Source: Candidatus Magasanikiibacteriota bacterium (GTDB taxonomy: Bacteria; Patescibacteriota; Patescibacteriia; Magasanikbacterales; UBA922). From it: a stretch of DNA of 64,000 nt. Of the stretch, positions 27,136-37,982 are shown piece after piece. A program made the position numbers and the translations under genes. The DNA is taken from NCBI GenBank assembly GCA_014729395.1, contig WJJZ01000001.1, positions 67,727 to 131,726 on the forward strand, written 5' to 3'. The first letter of the stretch is position 1; each line of letters starts with the position of its first letter. The notes beneath the pieces were generated by a model that did no database searches, was not told where the DNA came from, and saw only the letters and a program-made list of their open reading frames with translations.

Positions 27136-28866
27136 TTACATCTCCTCCACTGTCTCGATACTAAGGAGGTTTAACGCATTTTCTAAAACAAACTTCACAC
27201 TCCCGCAAACCGCCATACGCATTCTTACCAATTCTTCACTTTCCGCATCAGTAATTCGGTATTTATTATAATAATCATTAAAAGCCTTGGCTAAATCAAA
27301 ACAATATTTTGTTATAGTTGATGGATTGTATCTTTCCAAAGCTTTTTTAATAATTTCCGGATACTCGGCAATTAACAACAACAGTCTTTTTTCCTCTACC
27401 TCTTCCAATAAACTAAAATTGACTTTCGGCTTTCGGCTTTCGGCTTTCGACTTTTTGAGTAAACTGTTGATCCTCGCTACCACATATAATATATATGGCG
27501 CACTAAAACCCTCAAAACTTACCGCCTCATCAAAATCAAAACTAACAACTTTGTTTGACTCGTGCTTTTGCATGGTGAATTTAAGCACTGCCTGGGTCAA
27601 CTTTTCGGCATTATTCTTTATTTTTTCCTCGTCCCAATCATCGTGTCTTTTTTTAGTCTCCCGGAGCATTTTATCCATTACTTGATCACGTAAATCTTCG
27701 TACAAAATTACATTGCCTTTTCTGGAAGACATCTTGCCGCTTGGCAGATTAACCAAACCATAGCCGATATGAGTCATCTTAGGCTTGAAACCGTAAAGTT
27801 CTAAAATTTTAAAAAGCTGTTTGAAATAAAAATCCTGCTCATTACCGGTAATATTAATACTCTCTTCCACATCATAATTCTCAAATTTTTCTTTAGCTAA
27901 AGCCAGGTCACTTGTCATATATACTCCGGCTCCGCTGCTTTTTCTAATCAAGGCGATATCCAAACTATCATCCTCGAGATCGACTATAATAGCGCCCCCT
28001 TCTCCTTCTTTGGCTATGTCTTTTTTTAGCAACTCATCAACTATCTTTTGGCCTTTTTCTTTTATATCGCTTTCAAAAAATACTTTTTCATGTTTTGTAC
28101 CAAGTTCAGCTAAAATCCTATCAAAACCCTCTACACTCCAATCTCTGGTTTTTTTAAACAATTCCCAAATTTCAGGATCATGGTCTTCCAGTTTTTTTTG
28201 CAATTCATCAAGTTCTTCTTTGGCTCCTTCATTATCTTTTAATTTTTCTTCGGCCTCGGCGTAAACCTGACCAAGCCATTTTTGTTTATTATCACTTGGT
28301 TCTTCGTCTTTATGGAATTTTTGGATTGCCCAAAGGCACTTCACCACATGGCGACCGAAATCATTTAGATAATTTACCGGAATCACTTCAAAACCGGATT
28401 TTTTATACAATTCCACCAAGCAATTACCAATACAAACATTACGAAGATGTCCAATGTGGAATTCTTTATGCGTATTCTGCGATGGATATTCAATCATTAC
28501 TTTTTTGCCGTTTCCTACATTTCCTAAGCCATACTTATCCCCTTCTTCATTAATTTTTTTAAAAACGAAAAAAGCTAGTTTATAATAATCTACAAAAAAA
28601 CTAACATAACCATGTTTTTCAGGAGTAACATGAAACAACCATTCCTCCTTTTTCTCTTCCCTTTTAAGTTCATTATATAAATGCTCAACAACATCCATTA
28701 CAGAGTCTGAGGAATCCATCCCTAAAATCTTTCTTAAAGAGTGGCAATTTATTGCAAAGTCACCAAAATTGGGTGGTGGTATTTCAACGCTTACGCCCTT
28801 TTTTAATTGACCGTGTTCTTTTTCAAGAATCTCCTCAATTTTATCTCTTAGACTAGATATGATCAT
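27136..28866 (-). CDS. argS: Arginyl-tRNA synthetase
   Basis: HIGHLRN class-I motif and ArgS-specific N-terminal and DALR-type C-terminal regions. Confidence 0.9.
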   Translation of the reverse strand: MIISSLRDKIEEILEKEHGQLKKGVSVEIPPPNFGDFAINCHSLRKILGMDSSDSVMDVVEHLYNELKREEKKEEWLFHVTPEKHGYVSFFVDYYKLAFFVFKKINEEGDKYGLGNVGNGKKVMIEYPSQNTHKEFHIGHLRNVCIGNCLVELYKKSGFEVIPVNYLNDFGRHVVKCLWAIQKFHKDEEPSDNKQKWLGQVYAEAEEKLKDNEGAKEELDELQKKLEDHDPEIWELFKKTRDWSVEGFDRILAELGTKHEKVFFESDIKEKGQKIVDELLKKDIAKEGEGGAIIVDLEDDSLDIALIRKSSGAGVYMTSDLALAKEKFENYDVEESINITGNEQDFYFKQLFKILELYGFKPKMTHIGYGLVNLPSGKMSSRKGNVILYEDLRDQVMDKMLRETKKRHDDWDEEKIKNNAEKLTQAVLKFTMQKHESNKVVSFDFDEAVSFEGFSAPYILYVVARINSLLKKSKAESRKPKVNFSLLEEVEEKRLLLLIAEYPEIIKKALERYNPSTITKYCFDLAKAFNDYYNKYRITDAESEELVRMRMAVCGSVKFVLENALNLLSIETVEEM

Positions 28867-28869
28867 AAT

Positions 28870-30063
28870 CTATACGATCTTAATAAAAAATCTCTTCCCT
28901 TTCTGTACCACGTCACCCGGTTTCACTTCCACTTCAATCGAATCAATCTTCTCGTCGTTCACCTTTACACCTCCGCCATCAATTGCCCGACGAGCATCAG
29001 AATTACTTGAACAAAATTTTGACTCAACCAAAACTGAAATAATATTATATTCCTCGGGTTTTAATTCCGGCATATCTTCCGGCTTGTCATGGCTCTGGAT
29101 CACAGTGGCAAAATGCTCTTTGCCTTTTTCAGCCGCCTCTTCTCCTAAAAATGTTTTAGTAACTTCAAAAGCTAATCTTAATTTTGCATCTCTTGGATTT
29201 GAACCCTTCTCTACCTCAGTCTCAATCTTTTCCACTTCATCCATCGGCACTCCGGTACAAAGCTCAAATCCTAAAATTATCATGTCGTCTGTCCAGCTCA
29301 TGACCTTACCAAACATATCTTCCGGACTATCAGCTAGAGATATCATATTACCCTCGGTTTTACCCATTTTCTTACCACCTGAATCAACCAATAGTTTTGT
29401 TGTTAAAACAAACTTTTCTTTATTTTTTATTTCTTTCATCAAATCACGACCGGCCAACATATTAAAAGTTTGGTCATTACCACCAACTTCTCCATCAACG
29501 TCCATAGCAACTGAATCATAACCTTGCATAACCGGATACATAAATTCATGTAAATAAATAGTTTTTTCTTCTTTCAAGCGTTCTTGAAACATGTCTCTCT
29601 CCAAAAGTCGTGGTACTGTAAAGTGGCTAGTTAATTCAAAAAAATCTTTAACAGGCATTTCATCAAACCACTGACCGTTATATTTTAACTCTACCGGATT
29701 CTTACCTTCAAAATTTAAGATCGCTGAAGCTTGGGCTTGATAATTTTTACAATTCTCTAGCACCTCTTCCCTTGTTAATTTTTGTCTGGCGGATGTCTTG
29801 TCTGTCGGATCCCCTATCATTCCGGTGAAGTCTCCAATAAGCATGATTATTTTGTGACCCAATTCTTGAAACTGTCTTAATTTTAACATTGTAATACCAT
29901 GACCAATATGAAGAGTCGGTGCGGTGGGATCATAACCGGTATAGAGAGTTAATTGCTCACCGGATTTTAGCTTTTCTTCTAAAAATTCTTTTTTGGGGTA
30001 AATATTTTCTACTCCGCGACTAAGTAATTCATTTATTTTTTCTTGATCGGTAATGACACTCAT
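28870..30063 (-). CDS. tyrS: Tyrosyl-tRNA synthetase
   Basis: YTGYDPTAPTLHIGH, KMGKT, C-terminal S4-like domain. Confidence 0.9.
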   Translation of the reverse strand: MSVITDQEKINELLSRGVENIYPKKEFLEEKLKSGEQLTLYTGYDPTAPTLHIGHGITMLKLRQFQELGHKIIMLIGDFTGMIGDPTDKTSARQKLTREEVLENCKNYQAQASAILNFEGKNPVELKYNGQWFDEMPVKDFFELTSHFTVPRLLERDMFQERLKEEKTIYLHEFMYPVMQGYDSVAMDVDGEVGGNDQTFNMLAGRDLMKEIKNKEKFVLTTKLLVDSGGKKMGKTEGNMISLADSPEDMFGKVMSWTDDMIILGFELCTGVPMDEVEKIETEVEKGSNPRDAKLRLAFEVTKTFLGEEAAEKGKEHFATVIQSHDKPEDMPELKPEEYNIISVLVESKFCSSNSDARRAIDGGGVKVNDEKIDSIEVEVKPGDVVQKGKRFFIKIV

Positions 30064-30069
30064 AAAAAA

Positions 30070-32769
30070 TTATTTTAAACTTTGTAATTGAGAATTTAAT
30101 TTTTCTAATTTGCTTTTAGCTTCTTCCATTTTTCCTTTTTCTTTCTCTACTACTTCTGCCGGTGCGTTATCAACAAAATTTTCATTGTTTAACTTCTTTT
30201 CCAGGGAATTTATATATTTTCCCAGATCACTAACCTCATTGTTTAATCTGGATTTTTCTTTTTCAAAATCAACTACCCCACCTAACTTAATATACACCTC
30301 AACCCCACCAACAACAAAACCGATTGATTCGTCAGGTTTATCAACCTTAACTTCAATCTCAATATTTTCTAACCGTGCCAAACCTTTTATTACTTCAGTA
30401 TTCTTATCCAAAATTTCCTTTTCATCACCAGCAGAAACAACCACATCTAGTTTCTTAGCCGGGTCAATCTTATAATCGGCCCGGAGTGAACGGATATTTG
30501 TAATTATATTTTTTAGCAAACCAAAATCTTCCGAACCTCCAACGGCGGCCTTGCCCACCGTAGCTTCAGCGAAGGTGGGCCAACTTTCTACCATTAAAAT
30601 ATTATCTTTTCCATAAATCTGCTGCCATAAAGTTTCTGTTACAAATGGCATAAAAGGATGCCATAATTTTAGAATTGTATTTAAAATATAATTTAAAACT
30701 TTTGATTTATCGCCTTCTATTTTAGCGATCTCAAGATACCAATCGGCCAATTCACTCCAAGTAAAATCTCTTAGTTGCTCACCAGCAGATGAAAATCTAA
30801 AAGATTCCAGGTCATTAGTCACAAAAGATGCGGTCTTTTTTAATTCATTAAGAATCCATTTATCCGCCAAAGTCTCTGCTTCCGGAACTTTTAAATCTTT
30901 GTTCATTGTTTTCTTTTCACTGGTCACCGTTAATTGTATATATCGACTGATATTCCATAGTTTATTGGCAAAATTCCTAAAGCCGGCAATCTTCTCTTCT
31001 GATAATTTCATATCATTACCCGGAGTATTGCCAACAAGCAGTGACAAACGGGTAGCATCAGCTCCGTACTTTTCTATCATATCAAGCGGGTCAATTACAT
31101 TACCCAGACTCTTACTCATCTTTCTACCCTGTTCATCCCTTACCAATCCATGTAAATATACTGTTTCAAATGGAATTTCTCCCAAAGTATATGTAGTCAT
31201 CAAAATCATCCTGGCTACCCAAAAAAACAAAATATCATAGCCGGTTTCCATTACCGTTGTAGGATGATAGGTTTTTAAATCACTGGAATCCAAATTTGGA
31301 TAACCCAGTGTGGAAAAAGTCCAGAGCCCGGAACTAAACCAGGTATCCAAAGTATCCGGATCTTGCTGCCAGCTCTCTCCCTCCGGGGCATCTACACCAA
31401 CATAAGTTTCATCGCCTTTGTACCAAACCGGTATTCTATGACCATACCAAATTTGACGACTAATACACCAGTCACGCAAATTATCTATCCAATGAAAATA
31501 TGTTTTTTCAAATCTATCCGGTACAATTTTAATCTCTTTGGCCCGAACCACATGCTGCATCAATTTTTTGAGTGTTACGGATTCTCCGTCTTTTAGTCCC
31601 TCTATAGGATTATCTTTTGATTGCTTAAATGCAAATTCTTTGTTTACATCTATAAACCACTGTCTTGAAGTTAGCGGCTCAATCGTATGTGAACAGCGAT
31701 AACAAATAGAAAGATTATTGGCGATTTCTTCCTCTTTTTCCATTAAGCCTTCTTTTTTCAGAGCTTCAACCACTTTCCGTCTGGCTTCTTCGACACCCAA
31801 ACCTTGATAGGCTTCTCCCGCCTTTGCAGTCATTTTTCCATCTTCATCTATTACCTGAATAATTTCCAAATCATTCTTTCCGGCCATCTCGTAGTCAACA
31901 TGACTATGAGCCGGAGTGACACCAAGAGCCCCGGTGCCAAATTCACTATCCACTTCTTCGTCACCAATAACTTTTATCTTTAAATCCGGACCACCGGCAA
32001 AATTTTTAATTTCAAAAACCTCACCTATATATTTTTTATATCTGGAATCTTTCGGATTCACAGCTACAGCCGTATCCCCCAGTTTTGTTTCCGGTCTGGT
32101 GGTGGCAATGGAAATTGGGAAATCTTTTGAGTATTTAAAAGTATATAATTTGGTTTGTTGTTCTTTGTACTCTACCTCATCATCAGCCAAAGTGGAGTGG
32201 CACCTTGGGCACCAATTAACAATTCTGTGTCCGCGATAAATTAACCCATCGTCGTACATCTTCTTGAAGACTGTTCTAACGGCCAGGTTCCTCTGCTCAT
32301 CCAGAGTAAAGGCTTCTCTACTCCAATCCAAAGACGAACCCATCTTTTTTGTTTGGTGAATAATTGTATCGTGTGACTCTTGGGCGAACTTATTCACACG
32401 CTCCAAAAATTTTTCTCTACCCAATTCTTCTCTAGGGTTATCAAGACCCTCTTCCATTAAAATTTTCTCCACTTTTGTCTGGGTGGCAATAGCGGCATGA
32501 TCGGTTCCCGGCACCCATACAGTTTTTTTACCTTTCATGCGACTATACCGGACCATTAAATCTTCTATTGCGAGCATAGCGGCATGGCCCATATGGAGTG
32601 TCCCGGTAACATTTGGAGGTGGTAAAACAATGGAAAAATGCTTGGCTTCTGCATCGGTTTTTCCTTTTTCAACACATTTATCAGGATTAAAAAAACCACT
32701 TTCCTCCCAGTGTTTATAAATATTATCTTCGTAATTGTTAGGCTCGTAGGCCTTTGGAAGTTCTTTCAT
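30070..32769 (-). CDS. valS: Valyl-tRNA synthetase
   Basis: PPPNVTGTLHMGHA, KMSKSLGN, C-terminal coiled coil. Confidence 0.9.
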   Translation of the reverse strand: MKELPKAYEPNNYEDNIYKHWEESGFFNPDKCVEKGKTDAEAKHFSIVLPPPNVTGTLHMGHAAMLAIEDLMVRYSRMKGKKTVWVPGTDHAAIATQTKVEKILMEEGLDNPREELGREKFLERVNKFAQESHDTIIHQTKKMGSSLDWSREAFTLDEQRNLAVRTVFKKMYDDGLIYRGHRIVNWCPRCHSTLADDEVEYKEQQTKLYTFKYSKDFPISIATTRPETKLGDTAVAVNPKDSRYKKYIGEVFEIKNFAGGPDLKIKVIGDEEVDSEFGTGALGVTPAHSHVDYEMAGKNDLEIIQVIDEDGKMTAKAGEAYQGLGVEEARRKVVEALKKEGLMEKEEEIANNLSICYRCSHTIEPLTSRQWFIDVNKEFAFKQSKDNPIEGLKDGESVTLKKLMQHVVRAKEIKIVPDRFEKTYFHWIDNLRDWCISRQIWYGHRIPVWYKGDETYVGVDAPEGESWQQDPDTLDTWFSSGLWTFSTLGYPNLDSSDLKTYHPTTVMETGYDILFFWVARMILMTTYTLGEIPFETVYLHGLVRDEQGRKMSKSLGNVIDPLDMIEKYGADATRLSLLVGNTPGNDMKLSEEKIAGFRNFANKLWNISRYIQLTVTSEKKTMNKDLKVPEAETLADKWILNELKKTASFVTNDLESFRFSSAGEQLRDFTWSELADWYLEIAKIEGDKSKVLNYILNTILKLWHPFMPFVTETLWQQIYGKDNILMVESWPTFAEATVGKAAVGGSEDFGLLKNIITNIRSLRADYKIDPAKKLDVVVSAGDEKEILDKNTEVIKGLARLENIEIEVKVDKPDESIGFVVGGVEVYIKLGGVVDFEKEKSRLNNEVSDLGKYINSLEKKLNNENFVDNAPAEVVEKEKGKMEEAKSKLEKLNSQLQSLK

Positions 32770-33000
32770 ATATAATAATTCGGATATACTGATAGTGCTG
32801 ATTTACGGATAGTTGGATGATAAATCATTATATTATCTAAAAACAAAAAATTATACTTAAATATTGATGATGCAGAGCAGAATAGTTTTTTGGTCTACAG
32901 ACCAGACGATCCGTAAATCTGCATTTATCCGTATACCAGTATCGTAATTTTACTAAATTTACCCTAAAATTGCAAGAAAAAAGCTCATTTTAAGACCTTA

Positions 33001-33029
33001 TTGACAATATTTGGCTAAATTGATAATAT
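33001..33029 (+). promoter_or_regulatory. Sigma70-type promoter TTGACA-17-TAATAT
   Basis: TTGACA 33001-33006, TAATAT 33024-33029; GGAGG SD before ATG 33077. Confidence 0.55.
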
Positions 33030-33076
33030 ATTCTATTCCCATGCACTCTTTAAAAAAAACATTTGGAGGAAAATTC

Positions 33077-33442
33077 ATGAAGAGAATCCTTCAGTTTACT
33101 CTGACAGAAATTGGCTCGATTCTAAATAATATTGGACTTTCCATGTTCCCTATCAGTTTACTTCTGGTTTTGAAAGTTTCCAGTACCTATTTATGTTTTG
33201 GCATGCTTGTAATCTTTATCCCCCTCACAGGATATGCAATTCACCAAAGAATCGTTGCCACTATTATTGCAACAACGCTTAGCATTCTATTTTTCTTCAT
33301 GATCTATGACAAAATTTTCATGATCCCACCCGGAGTCCTTATAATTGCCGGCATTCTACTTTCGATGATAGGGTGCAAAATTGCCGGTATATCCATTGTT
33401 GCTGAAAAATTAGAGTCTGAAAATGATGTCTCTAAAAAATAA
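33077..33442 (+). CDS. Small membrane protein (3-4 TM), hypothetical
   Basis: Start moved to the SD-preceded ATG 33077 (the track start overlaps the promoter). Confidence 0.45.
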   Translation: MKRILQFTLTEIGSILNNIGLSMFPISLLLVLKVSSTYLCFGMLVIFIPLTGYAIHQRIVATIIATTLSILFFFMIYDKIFMIPPGVLIIAGILLSMIGCKIAGISIVAEKLESENDVSKK

Positions 33443-33506
33443 CAAAAGAGGGGGTATATATCGAGCTGTTTTATTGATTAATAAATCATCTCGCTATGTA
33501 CTTGAT

Positions 33507-34658
33507 ATGGCATTGACACAAGCACAACAAATTCATCAAATTTTGGAAGGCAAGAAACATATCTTGATAACCTTTCGAAATAATGGCAACGGTGATGCGA
33601 TTGCAAGTGCTATCGCTATGTTTTTATTTCTTAAAAAGATTGGTAAAAGAGTTGATATCGTCAGTGAAAATTTTGAACTACCGAAGACCATGAATTTCTT
33701 GAAGGCTTCAGAAAAAATTAAGAGCGGTTTTAGTCATTTACAAAAATTCATTTTGACCGCAGATATAAATAAAACAGGACTACAGGAACTAAGCTATGAT
33801 GTAAAAAAAGATAAACTTAAAATATACCTAACACCAAAAAATGGTTTTTTGACAAGAGACAATATTACAACCGCTCAATCTGATTTTAAATATGATCTAA
33901 TAATTACGGTTGATACACAGGATCTAGATTCTCTGGGAACATTATTTTATAATAATACAGAACTTTTCTATTCAGTACCAATATTAAATATTGATGACTC
34001 CAGCGCCAATGAACACTTCGGAAAAATTAATATTGTAAACTTAAGCTCAACTTCTACGGCCGAAATAGTTTATGACTTGCTAAAAAAAATGGGCGAAGAA
34101 TATATTGATGAAGATATTGCCACCGCACTTCTTAGTGGAATGATAGCAAAAACGCGCAGTTTCAAAACTGAAAATGTCAAACCCAGTACTTTGGCTATTG
34201 CCGGTAAACTGATCAGTCTGGGGGCAAAAAGAGACTATATTATTCAAAACCTTTATCGAACAAAATCCATTCCAACATTAAAACTCTGGGGTAAAGCTCT
34301 TGAACATCTAAATACGGAAAAATCTTTCGGACTGGTTTGGACCACAATTACCCGTGATGATTTTTCTCGATCCGGTGCCGGTAAACACGAGCTTTACGAT
34401 ATAATAGACGAACTGATTAGCAACTCTCCGGAAGCAAAAATTACATTACTACTTCACGAAGACCCGGAACAAGGTTCAAAAAAAATCCATGGTATTATAA
34501 AAACCAATAGACTATACAATGCCAAGGAATTAGTGAAAAATTTTCAACCTGAAGGAAATTCCGGTACTGCTAAATTTACTGTAAAAGACAGTGGTCTGGC
34601 TGAAATTGAAGAAAAAATTATATCAAATATAAAAGAAAAGATAAAAAACCCACAATAA
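33507..34658 (+). CDS. DHH-family phosphoesterase (NrnA-like oligoribonuclease/pAp phosphatase, DHH+DHHA1)
   Basis: HILITFRNNGNGDAIASAIA (DHH motif I/II) and C-terminal DHHA1-like GGH region; start uncertain (alternative 33423). Confidence 0.6.
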   Translation: MALTQAQQIHQILEGKKHILITFRNNGNGDAIASAIAMFLFLKKIGKRVDIVSENFELPKTMNFLKASEKIKSGFSHLQKFILTADINKTGLQELSYDVKKDKLKIYLTPKNGFLTRDNITTAQSDFKYDLIITVDTQDLDSLGTLFYNNTELFYSVPILNIDDSSANEHFGKINIVNLSSTSTAEIVYDLLKKMGEEYIDEDIATALLSGMIAKTRSFKTENVKPSTLAIAGKLISLGAKRDYIIQNLYRTKSIPTLKLWGKALEHLNTEKSFGLVWTTITRDDFSRSGAGKHELYDIIDELISNSPEAKITLLLHEDPEQGSKKIHGIIKTNRLYNAKELVKNFQPEGNSGTAKFTVKDSGLAEIEEKIISNIKEKIKNPQ

Positions 34659-34703
34659 AAACCAATACTGGAGCGAAATATTTTACATCTCTACTATTGG
34701 TTT

Positions 34704-36254
34704 TTATACCAACGCTCTACCCGTCATTTCGTCGGGTTTTTTGATATCAAGAATTTTTAAAATCGTTGGCGCTACGTCCGCCAATACTCCGGCCGGTTGA
34801 AGTAAACTAAGGTCACCTTCCGGTGCATCCCCGGTTATACCTGCTCGTCCTCTGCTTTCCTCATTCAAAATAATAAAAGGTACTGCATTGCTTTTTTCAA
34901 TCATTTTACCATCATTAAAAAAATTTTCAGTACCCGGATGAGAACCAACAATGAACATTGTTCCCTCTTTTGCCATAATATGATCATAAATTTTGCCAAT
35001 TGCTTTATCAACAAGCTCAACTCCCCTAACCAAAGTTGAAAAATTATTGGTTTTTGCCAATATATCCAAATTACTAATATTTATGAGAAAAAAGTCACTT
35101 TCCATATTATCGATTCTTCTAATTATTTTTTTTATCAATTTATTCAATGACAAACCAGGCTCTAAATTATAATCTTCCAGTTCAGGATCATTTACATAAT
35201 CCGTTTCAATACTCTCCTTCTCCCATGAAGCAAACCCATCAAAAAATGTACTTATACTACCATAACGCCCAACAGAAGCGATCCTATATTGGCTTAACTC
35301 ATTTTCCTGTAAAACTCTCCCTAAACAGTTATGGGACACTAATGGAGGAAAAATTACTCTAACCGGCATTTCTCTTTCATACTCAACAATAGTTGCGCAA
35401 AAAAGATCTTTTAGATAGGAGCGAGAAAATTTGTTAAATGATGGCAAAACAAAACTTTCCAGTAACTGTCGACTGCCGGCCGGAGAATGATTTAAAAAAA
35501 TTAAAGCATCTCCGCTCTTTATCGTTTCTCCTTCTTCTACTCTCGCAGGTACTATTTCCTTGGCGGGTATCTTTTTTTCAACCGCTTCGTGCATTATATG
35601 CATTGGTTTGGGTAGAGATCTTTCATATTCAGACTCCGTCATAGCTCTGTATACACTCTCTATTCTATCCCACCAAAAACCATCATTTAATGCATAAAAA
35701 GAACCTGAAATAGAAGATATTTTCCAATTTTTTTTCACTTTCAATTTATTTATTATTTTTTTTATACTCTTTTTAGCATTCTCTTCTTTACCTGCTTCAG
35801 AATCCAACACTACGTGAATAGAAACTTTTTTTACTTTTTGTTTCTGAAGAAATTTTAAAATAGCCTCAAAATGATTAAAACGAGCATAATGATTATTATC
35901 AAATGCAGCTGTTATATGTAATGTGGAATTATTTTCCTCAACATGCTCTATTGCAGATTTTAAAACTCTTTTTTCAAATAAACTTTCATCCGCAATAGCC
36001 CTGTTGATACGAGAAATATTATCAGGAAAAATTCTTCCCGTGCCTATATTCAAATGTCCGGATATACTATTTCCAATTTTTTCATCACAAAGACCAACCT
36101 CTTTACCGGAGGCATATAAAGTCATAACTGGATACTCTTTTACAAATCGATCAAAATTTGAAATTTTTGCAAGGTTGAACGGATTTTCTTGTGAGTTTGG
36201 TGAAACCCCCCAGGCTTCTAATATTAATAACGCAAAAGGTTTTTTTTCTTTCAT
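34704..36254 (-). CDS. Divergent paralog of 2,3-bisphosphoglycerate-independent phosphoglycerate mutase (alkaline-phosphatase superfamily)
   Basis: LLILEAWGVSPNS...GNSISGHLNIGTGRIF parallels the iPGM N-terminal motifs but is strongly diverged. Confidence 0.6.
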   Translation of the reverse strand: MKEKKPFALLILEAWGVSPNSQENPFNLAKISNFDRFVKEYPVMTLYASGKEVGLCDEKIGNSISGHLNIGTGRIFPDNISRINRAIADESLFEKRVLKSAIEHVEENNSTLHITAAFDNNHYARFNHFEAILKFLQKQKVKKVSIHVVLDSEAGKEENAKKSIKKIINKLKVKKNWKISSISGSFYALNDGFWWDRIESVYRAMTESEYERSLPKPMHIMHEAVEKKIPAKEIVPARVEEGETIKSGDALIFLNHSPAGSRQLLESFVLPSFNKFSRSYLKDLFCATIVEYEREMPVRVIFPPLVSHNCLGRVLQENELSQYRIASVGRYGSISTFFDGFASWEKESIETDYVNDPELEDYNLEPGLSLNKLIKKIIRRIDNMESDFFLINISNLDILAKTNNFSTLVRGVELVDKAIGKIYDHIMAKEGTMFIVGSHPGTENFFNDGKMIEKSNAVPFIILNEESRGRAGITGDAPEGDLSLLQPAGVLADVAPTILKILDIKKPDEMTGRALV

Positions 36255-36266
36255 AATTGCTTAAAA

Positions 36267-37829
36267 CTAATAAAGCGAATGACCTGTCATTTCCGGTGGC
36301 TTCTGAATTCCCATCATTTTCAAAAGAGTCGGTGCCACATCGGCTAATTTTCCGTTTTTTAATTTTATTTTTTTTGTGTCTTTTCTAATCAATATACAAG
36401 GTACGGGGTTGGTTGTATGCTCGGTCATCATTTCGCCGGTCTCCTGGTTTATCATTTCTTCGGCATTACCATGATCGGCCACTATTAAAACTTGGCCGTT
36501 CTTTTTCAAAAATGCATCAACCATTCTGGAAACTTGTTCGTCCACAGCTTTTATAGCTTTTTTGGCAGCTTTAAAATCACCGGTATGCCCCACCATATCG
36601 GGGTTCGGAAAATTAGTGCAGATAAAATTGTATTTATTGGATTTTATATAACTCAAAACCTTATCAATCATTTCTTTAGAATTCATCTCCGGTTTGTCTG
36701 CATAAGATCGAATAGTCGGAGATTTTACCAATTCTCTCTTTTCCCCATTGATTGGCTGAGCATAACCGCCATTGATAAAGTAAGTCACATGGGCATATTT
36801 TTCTGTTTCAGAAATATACAACTGGTTATAATTATCATCTATGGCTTTGGCCAAACTGTTTTCCACGTCAGGACTGGGAAAAGCTGTAAACACACCCGGC
36901 AAATCCGGACCAAAATCCGTCATAGCGACAAATCTGGTATTTTTTGGCATCTTAGTCCTTTTAAAAGCGCCCGGGTTTTTCTTTTGAAAATCAGGTTGAA
37001 CAAAAGCTTTGGTGATCTGACGGGCCCTATCACTGCGCGCGTTGATAAAATAAATAGCGTCATTATCTTTGATAGTTGCAATCGGCTTATTATCATTTAC
37101 TATCACAGTCGGACAAATGTATTCATCCGTGTCCCCTCTATTATACGACTGAGATAAAGCTTCTTCAGCTGAAAAAGCGGTGCAACCTTTGCCCAAGACC
37201 ATAGCTTCATAAGATCTTTTGGTTCTTTTCCAAATTTTATTACGATCCATAGCATAAAACCTACCCATAATAGTGGCGATTTTTTCATCCGCAAGCATAT
37301 GGCCGCGCAATTCCCGTAAAAAATCAGCCGCACCATGTGGGGATGAATCTCGACCGTCGGTAAACAAATGCAAGTAAACTTTTTTCTGACCCTCACGGCG
37401 GAAAAATTCCAACATGGCATAAAGATGCTCCGGATAAGCATGAGCGCTATTTCCGTCCGTAAGCAGTCCCATTACGTGAACAGCGGTCTTATATTTCTTT
37501 GTATGATAAAGCGCTTGCTTAAAAGCATGGTTTTTAAAAAAAGTCCCATCATGAATTGCCTCTGAAATCATGACCAGGTCCTGCTTTACTACTCTACCGG
37601 CACCAATATTAAAATGACCGGCTTCGGAATTACCCTGCTGACCCGGAAAAAGTCCGGCCGCCTTGCCATAAGTAACAAGTTCGGAAGATGGGTACTTATC
37701 CATGTAGGAAAAAATATTCGGAGCGGTTTTCGGAGTGATGGCATTGCCTTTATTTTTTGGGTCAGTCAAGCCAAAACCATCAAGAATTATAAGGGCGGTG
37801 GGGATGTGGTTTTTTTTATTGTTTTTCAT
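36267..37829 (-). CDS. gpmI: 2,3-bisphosphoglycerate-independent phosphoglycerate mutase
   Basis: LIILDGFGLTDPKNKGNAI...GNSEAGHFNIGAGRVV. Start set at ATG 37829 (the track start 37883 is TTG). Confidence 0.85.
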   Translation of the reverse strand: MKNNKKNHIPTALIILDGFGLTDPKNKGNAITPKTAPNIFSYMDKYPSSELVTYGKAAGLFPGQQGNSEAGHFNIGAGRVVKQDLVMISEAIHDGTFFKNHAFKQALYHTKKYKTAVHVMGLLTDGNSAHAYPEHLYAMLEFFRREGQKKVYLHLFTDGRDSSPHGAADFLRELRGHMLADEKIATIMGRFYAMDRNKIWKRTKRSYEAMVLGKGCTAFSAEEALSQSYNRGDTDEYICPTVIVNDNKPIATIKDNDAIYFINARSDRARQITKAFVQPDFQKKNPGAFKRTKMPKNTRFVAMTDFGPDLPGVFTAFPSPDVENSLAKAIDDNYNQLYISETEKYAHVTYFINGGYAQPINGEKRELVKSPTIRSYADKPEMNSKEMIDKVLSYIKSNKYNFICTNFPNPDMVGHTGDFKAAKKAIKAVDEQVSRMVDAFLKKNGQVLIVADHGNAEEMINQETGEMMTEHTTNPVPCILIRKDTKKIKLKNGKLADVAPTLLKMMGIQKPPEMTGHSLY

Positions 37830-37893
37830 AAAATCTTTATATATTAGTGAGATTATTATAGTAGTTTTGGAGATTTTTTTCAATCGGCTAAAC

Positions 37894-37922
37894 TTGAAAA
37901 CGTAACCTTCTGTATGTATAAT
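37894..37922 (+). promoter_or_regulatory. Sigma70-type promoter TTGAAA-17-TATAAT for the AT-rich two-gene island
   Basis: TTGAAA 37894-37899, TATAAT 37917-37922. Confidence 0.55.
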
Positions 37923-37982
37923 CCGAACACAAACTGATTAAATATGGGTATTAATTATTTTATATAAATTTAAAAAAATAAT

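Noticed and set aside
27421-27448. 8-nt SSR (CTTTCGGC x3.5) inside argS
   Set aside because: 24 nt = in-frame, encodes a KAESRKPK linker; a contingency locus in an essential synthetase is implausible.
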